DNA of 64,000 nt, taken from Candidatus Bathyarchaeota archaeon (lineage in GTDB: Archaea > Thermoproteota > Bathyarchaeia > TCS64). How positions within the stretch are numbered: position 1 is the first letter of the stretch; every line of letters starts with the position of its first letter. Shown one piece after another: positions 1 through 7,325 of the stretch. The stretch spans positions 7,967 to 71,966 of the forward strand of contig JAGTRB010000010.1 of assembly GCA_018396865.1 (NCBI GenBank), written 5' to 3'. Made by a program: the position numbers and the translations under genes. The notes under the pieces are model-generated. The model was given only the letters and a program-made list of their open reading frames with translations, had not been told where the DNA came from and searched no databases.

Positions 1-195
1 ATGCTGGCTTTCAGATCATCCCGATCATGAAACCCTAATATGGGGCTCCAGCCGAGTTGATTAATCTATAACCCGGAGGGGTAAGCACCCCCCGGAGATT
101 AGGCTCAAGTATGTCCTGAAGGGGAATAATGTTTTTTAGGAGGCGTAGGTAAGCCCATAACGGGACAACCCGATTAACGGGCAACCCGAAGGGTT

Positions 196-303
196 AGCGG
201 GGTGGGGCAGCCAGGTTTAGCCCGCGGGGCTCATAACCCCGAGGTCGGTAGTTCAAAAAGGGGTTAGGACTCTAACCCCTTGAAAGTCTACCCCCCGCTA
301 CCA
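196..303 (+). tRNA. Initiator tRNA-Met (anticodon CAU) with a 29-nt intron (258..286) in the T-loop; CCA is encoded
   Basis: Hand-folded cloverleaf. Acceptor stem AGCGGGG/CCCCGCU with an A1:U72 pair. D-stem GGGC/GCCC with GG in the D-loop. Anticodon stem CGGGG/CCCCG (three G:C pairs at 29-31:39-41) and loop CUCAUAA. Variable loop of 5 nt. T-stem GGTAG/CTACC. T-loop TTCAAA[intron]T. The insert forms a 10-bp hairpin (AAGGGGTTAG/CTAACCCCTT). A1:U72 plus GGG:CCC in the anticodon stem are archaeal initiator signatures. Confidence 0.8.
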
Positions 304-567
304 TTCTAAAGATCCCCTTCAACCAGATATCGGAATATGATAGAGATATGATGAGATAAGTTCTACAACAATGAAGGGTCCAGATCTTTCTGTGAATCGG
401 CAAGACCATCATGACCATTCACCTAATATGTTACTATCATTGATCATGCTTATTATTCTAGGTTTTATATTGACAATAAATTAAGGAAGTTGTTTATTTA
501 GAGATCTTGAGTGAAGATTTTAGTGAAAAACTTAAATTTTCATGGTGCCTTGAGATTATGAGCAGAT

Positions 568-2139
568 ATGAGTGGATTATCCAGGGAGAAGCAGGCTGCG
601 TTTGAGTGGGTTAATGAGAACGAGAAGAGGATCTCTGACTTCCACCAGCTCATATGGAACTACGCAGAGCCGGCCTGGAGAGAGTACAAATCCGCCGAGG
701 CCTACTGCAAGCTCCTTAGGGATGAGGGGTTCAGGGTGGTTGAGGGCACGGGGGAGATGCCGACCGCCTTCATGGCCACCTACGGCTCAGGCAGGCCTGT
801 GATAGCCGGTTACGCTGAGTACGACGCGGTTCCAGGATTCTCCCAGAAGCCCGTTCCATACAAGGCTCCAAGGGATGGCCTCCACCCATGGGCGGCTGGT
901 CACACGGATCCCCACTCGGCTCTCGGGGTTGCATCCTTGGCGGGAGTGCTGGCAGCCAAGCATGTGATGGAGAGGTTCGGATTGAAGGGGACCCTTAAAT
1001 TCTTCGGGGAGCCGGCGGAGAAGGTCTGCGGCTCGAAGCCCGTCCACGCTGCTAAGGGATATTACGACGACCTGGATGCGGCGATATGCTACCATCCCGG
1101 GGGCTATAACACATGCCTATGGGAGACCCAGAGCGGAGCCTACTGGAGCGCCGTCTTCACCTTCGAGTGCCTCGAGCCTGAGAAGTGGTTCAAGCCTGTC
1201 GCACCCATGAGGTTGGGGGGCCACGCCGGTGGGCGATGCCCAGCGGCCCTAGACGCCGTCTGCCTGATGTACACGACGACCAAGTACACGAAGGAGGCCA
1301 TGCTCCCCCACACCTCCTACTGGACCCTTAACGAGTTCATAATGGTTGGGGGCCAATGCACCTCTGACAACGTGCCGCCGAGCATAGGCCAGATCCAGTA
1401 CGCCTGGAGGGTTCCAACCCTGGAGATGGCCCAGAGGATCTACGAGGTTTTGGAGAACAACGCAAAGCACGTGGCTGAGATAACCTTCTGCAAGCTCTCG
1501 GTCAGGTGGGTGACGAAGACCAGGGTAGCCCTCCCAAACAACACGATGGCAGAGATAACCTACCGGAACCTAGAGCTTGTAGGCCCTCCGAGATATGGAG
1601 AGGAGGCCAGGAGGGTTGGTAGGGAGATACAGAGGAACCTAGGCCTGGAGCCTATGGAGGACCCCTTCACCGAGGAGTGCCAGAGGCTCACCCCACCCCA
1701 GGAGTATGAGGCTATCCAGAGGAGGACCCTGGAGCCATGGCAGCGCCACATGGGGGCTGACGACTACGTTGACTACACATGGCACGCCCCATCTGTCAGG
1801 CTATACACCGCAAAGGCCATACTGAGGCCCCCGAGCCCAGGCTATGTATATCCCTCATGGGCGGTAAACGCCCTAGGTGGGATAAGGAGCACGATAGACC
1901 CCAGCATAATGGTGGCCGGTAAGACCATGGCCGCCACCTACATAGACCTGCTTACAAGGCCTGAGCTCCTAGCAAAGGCCAAGGAAGAGTTCAACGAGAG
2001 GACGGGCGGGGGAGTAGGAGGAACCAGATGGGTGGCACCCCTCCTCCCAAGGGACTTCAAGCCCCCCGTGGACCTGAGATGGCCCGAGTATGTAACAACA
2101 CCCCGCGGAGAAGAGTGGTGGATACCAACCCCGAAATAA
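568..2139 (+). CDS. M20-family metal-dependent amidohydrolase/peptidase (AbgB-like aminobenzoyl-glutamate hydrolase subunit B family)
   Basis: 523-aa ORF. Its N-terminal region resembles M20D/AbgB amidohydrolases (AGHTDPHSALG.. and metal-binding His/Asp context). The upstream region is AT-rich and promoter-like. Confidence 0.6.
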   Translation: MSGLSREKQAAFEWVNENEKRISDFHQLIWNYAEPAWREYKSAEAYCKLLRDEGFRVVEGTGEMPTAFMATYGSGRPVIAGYAEYDAVPGFSQKPVPYKAPRDGLHPWAAGHTDPHSALGVASLAGVLAAKHVMERFGLKGTLKFFGEPAEKVCGSKPVHAAKGYYDDLDAAICYHPGGYNTCLWETQSGAYWSAVFTFECLEPEKWFKPVAPMRLGGHAGGRCPAALDAVCLMYTTTKYTKEAMLPHTSYWTLNEFIMVGGQCTSDNVPPSIGQIQYAWRVPTLEMAQRIYEVLENNAKHVAEITFCKLSVRWVTKTRVALPNNTMAEITYRNLELVGPPRYGEEARRVGREIQRNLGLEPMEDPFTEECQRLTPPQEYEAIQRRTLEPWQRHMGADDYVDYTWHAPSVRLYTAKAILRPPSPGYVYPSWAVNALGGIRSTIDPSIMVAGKTMAATYIDLLTRPELLAKAKEEFNERTGGGVGGTRWVAPLLPRDFKPPVDLRWPEYVTTPRGEEWWIPTPK

Positions 2140-2296
2140 CCCTTTTTATCTCTTTCCTTTTATTATTTCAATTTAATGGCTGAGAATTCTAGGGTCAATA
2201 TTCTAGCTAAGTAGGCTGGAATCCACTTCAAGTTTAATGGAGAGGGGCCATGCAGCTTAAAAACCTGTAAACATTGTCTATTCTGAGGCGCTTCCT

Positions 2297-3124
2297 TTGG
2301 ATCATAGATTCAAGCGGTTCATCGTCGGTCTAGCATTAGAGAGCTCTCTGGTGAACAGGTGTCCCATTCAGGGGCTTCAGGAGCTATACTTGGAGCCAGT
2401 TTCTGAGAGGGTCAGGGAGCTTCATGACAGGTTGATAATCTCTGAGAGGCATCGGGAGAGAGAGGTGGCGATATGGCTTGAGCCGGCTTTAGATATGGGC
2501 CCCTTAAGATACGACCCTACGAGGATTGTTGGGGAGATGAGGGAGATGGAGTTCCTCCTCTACCTCCTGATCAGGAGGGCTGGGGAGGCCCAGAGGGATG
2601 TTAACTACTGGATGGACTACATCTCCAACGCTGCTCAGAGCCTTAGCGACGGCTTCTGGATAGACGCCAAGATATTCCTCAGCAGGGCCCTCCAGGTCTC
2701 AAGGAGGAACACCATCGAGGGGCTTAAGATGGATCCCAGCCTCGGCTATGAGGTTGATATCCTCCAGAAGGCCACTTTGAGCTATTTCAGGGAGGTTTTA
2801 ACCTATCCAATAGTCCTGGAGGCGCCGGAGGAGAGGCTCGACACCTTGCTTGAGATACAGGGGATAATGCTCGATCTGATGAGGATCCATTACGGTGAAG
2901 GTGAGGGGGGCTCGGCATCCTACCTTAGAGCTATCCACATCCTCAGCGCACTCATACGCCGCCTACTTAACCCTCGATTCACCTTAGAGGATGCCAAGGC
3001 TGACCTGAAGCTGGCATTAGAGTATCTAGAGGCTAATCTCCATGAGGCTAGGGGAGAGGAGGATAGGGATAGGATTAGAGAGCAGAGATCAAGGATCGAG
3101 AAGCTCTTAGAGTCCCTGACCTAA
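2297..3124 (+). CDS. hypothetical protein (predicted alpha-helical)
   Basis: 275-aa ORF with coding-like composition and no recognisable motif. Confidence 0.4.
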   Translation: MDHRFKRFIVGLALESSLVNRCPIQGLQELYLEPVSERVRELHDRLIISERHREREVAIWLEPALDMGPLRYDPTRIVGEMREMEFLLYLLIRRAGEAQRDVNYWMDYISNAAQSLSDGFWIDAKIFLSRALQVSRRNTIEGLKMDPSLGYEVDILQKATLSYFREVLTYPIVLEAPEERLDTLLEIQGIMLDLMRIHYGEGEGGSASYLRAIHILSALIRRLLNPRFTLEDAKADLKLALEYLEANLHEARGEEDRDRIREQRSRIEKLLESLT

Positions 3125-3225
3125 AGGGCCTTTCAGAGCTTAATTAGGGGTATTCTGGTCTCCTCTATCCCCGCATCCTCATTCTATGCCTTCCCTTAAA
3201 TGGGCTTGCTGAGGCAACAATATTC

Positions 3226-4854
3226 CTAGTGCTTAGGGGATTCCCTCATCGATGGAGGGATCGTCTTTTCTAACAGGGCCCTTAGCCAAGGCTCCTCGAG
3301 CCTCATCCTCATGAGGAGGCCCTCTACCGGGCTGTTCTGAAGGGCTTCGAACCCGAACCTTTCATAGAACCTCCTGAGCATCCTCCCCTTCTCGTCGACC
3401 TCCTCAGTATGGAGGTTGACATGCTTGTACCCCTTTTGGAGGCAGTGGAGGAGGGTTAGGGTTATGATGGCTGAGCCTACCCCCCTCCCCTCTATGAGGG
3501 AGGCGACGGTATCTATGTAAAAGGCGTCCCCATCATTTGGATCTCTGTATCCGAAGGCGAATGCCGTGGGGTGCTCCCCTTGGAAGGCGGTGACCATGAA
3601 GAAGTCTTCTTTTCGGGCTCTTGAGGCTATCTCCTCGATGGTGTATTGAAGCTCGGGCCTGAAGGCCTTAGACTCGATGAGCTGGATGTACCTGAGGGCC
3701 TCCTCATCTATCGAGTTGTTAATGGTGATGTGGCAGCTTCCACCAAGTGACTCTGATAGGTGGGCCTCAATGGCCTTAGCGTAGTCCTGGAGGGGCGGGA
3801 GGATTGGAGCCCATATCTCTTCCTGAACCTCTACGACGGGCTTGATGCCGTACCTCTTGAGGGCGGCCTCGATGATCTGCCTTATCATCTCATCGTAGTC
3901 CATACCCGCTGCATAGAACATCATGGGGTAGAAGCTCAGCTCATCTGCCTCGACGTTATAATCTATCCCTGGTAGGGGGTTGATCTCCAAGAAGTATATC
4001 TCCCCATCCCTATCCATCCTGAAGTCCAGCCTTGCGAAGTCCTTACAGTTAAGGGCCCTAAAGGCCCTCTTGGATATCTCCTCAAGCCTCCTCCTAAGCT
4101 CCTCCGGGATCTTGGCGGGACATATATAGTTCTTAGAAGAGTCGTATATGGTCTTGGCCTTCTGGCCTAGAACATTGCCGAGCTCCTCCGGGAACTTGGT
4201 GAAGTCCACCTCCAGTATAGGGAGCACCCTGGGCTCCTCTCCCGGCCCATAGTTCCCTATGAGGCCTACGCTGAACTCCCTCCCGTCTATGAACTCCTCG
4301 ACTAGGATGGGCTGCCTGTAGGTTTCAAGCATCTCCCTGAGCTTCTTCCTCATAGCCTCCTCATCGTAGACGACGTTGTCTATGTTTATGCCCATGCTAG
4401 AGCCCTCATGGCTAGGCTTGAGGATGAGGGGGAACCTCAGCCTAGGGTTGAGGGGCTCATCTGGGCCCGTGAAGACCTGGAAGGGGGATGTCTTCACTCC
4501 ATGGAACTCCAGTATCATCTTCGTGGTCGGCTTGTCTAGGCAGATCGCGGTGGTCAGGATACCTGAGCCTACGTATGGGATGCCTAGCATCTCGCAGAAG
4601 GCTGGGATGTGGGACTCCCTGCTCTCCCCCCTTATACCCTCAGCCCTGTTGAAGACTAGATCCGGCCTGAGCCTCCTGAGCTTCTCGTAGGAGTCCTCAT
4701 CAGCCTCTATGAACAGGTATTCATACCCCGCCTTCTCTATCCCCCTCTTAACCTTCTCAATGGTGTCGGGTGGGTCATACTCAACCTCGAACTCCCCCTC
4801 ACGCCTCCTGGTGTTGCAGACCAGGGCTACCCTCAGCTTTCTGTTAGATGGCAT
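3226..4854 (-). CDS. ATP-grasp ligase (D-Ala-D-Ala ligase-like) fused to a C-terminal GNAT acetyltransferase domain
   Basis: The N-terminal half matches Ddl/RimK-type ATP-grasp (LVFNRAEG..GESRESHIPAFCEMLGIPYVGSG..). The C-terminal ~150 aa carries a GNAT motif (GRGVGSAII). The start overlaps the stop of the upstream gene. Confidence 0.65.
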   Translation of the reverse strand: MPSNRKLRVALVCNTRRREGEFEVEYDPPDTIEKVKRGIEKAGYEYLFIEADEDSYEKLRRLRPDLVFNRAEGIRGESRESHIPAFCEMLGIPYVGSGILTTAICLDKPTTKMILEFHGVKTSPFQVFTGPDEPLNPRLRFPLILKPSHEGSSMGINIDNVVYDEEAMRKKLREMLETYRQPILVEEFIDGREFSVGLIGNYGPGEEPRVLPILEVDFTKFPEELGNVLGQKAKTIYDSSKNYICPAKIPEELRRRLEEISKRAFRALNCKDFARLDFRMDRDGEIYFLEINPLPGIDYNVEADELSFYPMMFYAAGMDYDEMIRQIIEAALKRYGIKPVVEVQEEIWAPILPPLQDYAKAIEAHLSESLGGSCHITINNSIDEEALRYIQLIESKAFRPELQYTIEEIASRARKEDFFMVTAFQGEHPTAFAFGYRDPNDGDAFYIDTVASLIEGRGVGSAIITLTLLHCLQKGYKHVNLHTEEVDEKGRMLRRFYERFGFEALQNSPVEGLLMRMRLEEPWLRALLEKTIPPSMRESPKH

Positions 4855-6202
4855 CCCCTAACACCTCCTTGTATATGCTAACAACCTCATCCCTGATCCT
4901 CGGGGGCATCGTGATGCTCTCGTGTACGCTGAAGAACTCCTTGAAGAGCTCGTCCTCCCTCTCCAAGGCCTCGTCCAAGAAGCGCTTCTCGAACTCCTCA
5001 ACCAGGTCTGCCTTAACCCCCCTCCTCCATGCTAGGTAGAAGGCGAATAGCTGCTCGTCCCTCCCCCTCCCGGTCAGGGCGTAGGTCATGACGCTCCTAC
5101 CCCCGAAGAGGGAGTAGTAGTCCCTGCACTCCTTGGCCAGCATGTTCCTCTCGAGGCCAACCCTCCCCGGGTCGAAGCCCAAGGCAACTAGTAGGAGGTA
5201 CATCTTACCGCAGACCGAGCACTCCTGGCACCAGCGCCTCTCCCTCCCAGCCTCTGTCTCGACGAAGCATGACATATGATATTTGGCTACCTCGGGATAC
5301 CTCCTGTTGAGGACGAGGACCACGGCGATGTCGTTCAGGGGCTCTATCACACTCATCGTCCTCACCCTACCATCCGTCGCCTGCCTGGTCATGGAGTCTA
5401 TCTGGAGGGTCCAGATGTGGGACTGGTCGTAGGCCGGGTAGCATATGTAGCCCTCTCCATCGTAGTAGTACTCCCCGCAGCTCTGCTCATTCCCGAAGAG
5501 GATGTACCCAGCCTCATACCTATGGGCCACGGGTAGAAGAGTTAATGCATACTCCGTTGACTGGAGGCCCCATCCCAGCTCAGTCTTCCCCACCCCCAGC
5601 CTCAAACCATCCCTCAGCTCCCCGGCAGAGTGGTCGATCTTCACCAACCTCACGTTGAACTCCTTGTGGAAGGCCTCGGCCAACGCCGTCTTATGCTTCT
5701 CCTCATAGGTCAGGGAGGGCTCAACTATGTAGCCGATCTGGGGGTTTAGGCCTATCTCCCTCGAGACAGCCCATGTGCAGAGGCTGTCCTTGCCGAATGA
5801 TAGGCTGACAACTGAGGAGTCCTCCCTGGCCGCTCCATTGTAGCTTGGAAACTTGATGATATTATCTCTGAAGTTGACCTTCAGGTTCATGAAATCCCTT
5901 AGGTAGGCCGATGTGCTCTTCCTGTCCACATCAGCGCAGCTTGGGAAGTCCATGACCATGTTCTGGAAGAAGTAGGTCTGGAAGTATGGGGGTGAAGTAT
6001 CGTAGGTTATCTCACCAGCCCCCATTATGAGGGGTAGGTGTATGGTCTGGGCGTAGACGAGGTTATCCACAAGGAAATCCCTAGCCTCCCTCGGATACTC
6101 GCCCCAGATCCCGTCGGGGTAAAAGGTACTGTAGGATCTACCCCCGAATCGGATCATAAACCCATCCGCAGTCTGCTCAGAGGTGATATTCAGAGACTTC
6201 AT
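4844..6202 (-). CDS. PP-loop ATP-pyrophosphatase superfamily protein (PAPS-reductase-like), function unknown
   Basis: SLSFGKDSLCTW PP-loop-like motif and a C-terminal Cys cluster (CQECSVCGK). The ORF track extends to 6271, but the ATG at 6200-6202 overlaps the upstream TGA by 4 nt (ATGA coupling), so this start is preferred. Confidence 0.5.
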   Translation of the reverse strand: MKSLNITSEQTADGFMIRFGGRSYSTFYPDGIWGEYPREARDFLVDNLVYAQTIHLPLIMGAGEITYDTSPPYFQTYFFQNMVMDFPSCADVDRKSTSAYLRDFMNLKVNFRDNIIKFPSYNGAAREDSSVVSLSFGKDSLCTWAVSREIGLNPQIGYIVEPSLTYEEKHKTALAEAFHKEFNVRLVKIDHSAGELRDGLRLGVGKTELGWGLQSTEYALTLLPVAHRYEAGYILFGNEQSCGEYYYDGEGYICYPAYDQSHIWTLQIDSMTRQATDGRVRTMSVIEPLNDIAVVLVLNRRYPEVAKYHMSCFVETEAGRERRWCQECSVCGKMYLLLVALGFDPGRVGLERNMLAKECRDYYSLFGGRSVMTYALTGRGRDEQLFAFYLAWRRGVKADLVEEFEKRFLDEALEREDELFKEFFSVHESITMPPRIRDEVVSIYKEVLGDAI

Positions 6203-7206
6203 CTCAGTGGATCCCCTTCTAGATTGCCCCAAGGGCATCTGGGCCTCCCAGCCGTGAGGACGGCGACGCATGAGACATCTTCAAGCCTCTCCCGCTCCGA
6301 GACCTTCCTCAAGGCGGCCAGAGCAGAGGCCGATGCTGGAAGTACAGATAGCCCCTCTAAGGAGGCAAGCAACTCAGAATAGTGGGCCATCTCCTGGTCT
6401 GGCACTGGGACCGCCCAGCCCCCGCTCTCCCATAAAGCGTCGAGGGCCAGCTGACCGTCGAAGGAGTGCCAACTCACCAGGGGCTCATTAACCACGGTCT
6501 CCTTAATCTCCGAGGGTTGGAGATCCTCTATCATCCTCCTCCCGGAGAGGAAGCTCCTGACTATTGGGTTGTCATGAGGTGTGCTCACGGCGATCATCCT
6601 GGGTATCCCACCGGACACCCCATCATCGTGGAGCATCCTGAAGCCATGATAGACCCCTGAAAGGGTGGTTCCATTACCCACGGGAACCGCCACCACATCG
6701 GGCGTATACCCCAGCTCCCTGTAGATCTCGAGGGCTATGGAGGCATAGCCTCTAAGCGAGGCAATAGTGTTCTGCTCCACCCCAGGGTTGGCGTCATACC
6801 AATCGTTCTCCCTCGCCTCCCTCGATGCCAGCTCAACAGCATCCTCATAAGTTCCTTCAACGAGGTGGATGAGGGCTCCATATCCGGCTATCTCCCTAAG
6901 CCTCCCCCCGCTGTAGCTGGATGGGATATAGATGTGGGCCCTCATCCCATAGAGGGGGGCGAAGTAGGCGAAGGAGGCACCGAAGTTACCGCACGTAGCT
7001 ATGGCTAAGGAGTTGTAGCCACCCTTCCTAGCCTCCTCCAGGCACTCCACCGCCGCGCGATCCTTATGGGATCCTGTAGGGTTGGAGCCCTCAAGCTTGA
7101 GGTAGAGGCGTCTACAACCCACGAGGGATTCCAGGCTTCTAGAACGGAGTAGGGGTGTCCCACCTATCATATGGGACTTATCCGGGGGCTCGTCGAGCTC
7201 CTCCAT
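6199..7206 (-). CDS. PLP-dependent fold-type II enzyme (threonine synthase / cysteine synthase-like)
   Basis: GSHKDRAA lysine motif and a glycine-rich loop (VPVGNGTT) typical of tryptophan-synthase-beta superfamily enzymes; 335 aa. Confidence 0.65.
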   Translation of the reverse strand: MEELDEPPDKSHMIGGTPLLRSRSLESLVGCRRLYLKLEGSNPTGSHKDRAAVECLEEARKGGYNSLAIATCGNFGASFAYFAPLYGMRAHIYIPSSYSGGRLREIAGYGALIHLVEGTYEDAVELASREARENDWYDANPGVEQNTIASLRGYASIALEIYRELGYTPDVVAVPVGNGTTLSGVYHGFRMLHDDGVSGGIPRMIAVSTPHDNPIVRSFLSGRRMIEDLQPSEIKETVVNEPLVSWHSFDGQLALDALWESGGWAVPVPDQEMAHYSELLASLEGLSVLPASASALAALRKVSERERLEDVSCVAVLTAGRPRCPWGNLEGDPLR

Positions 7207-7325
7207 CCTTCCCCTTGATGACCTCGATCCATCAACGTATATTGAGATGAATATATACTTTGTGAATTAGACACGAACAGGAGGCCCGCAACACCTTTAA
7301 TTCACAGTTAAACAGTTTCTGTTGG

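Noticed and set aside
1-195. Short direct repeat GGG(A)CAACCCGA twice at 163-192 and a weak hairpin at 70-100
   Set aside because: Too short and degenerate to call a repeat element or an att site without the sequence beyond the window edge.
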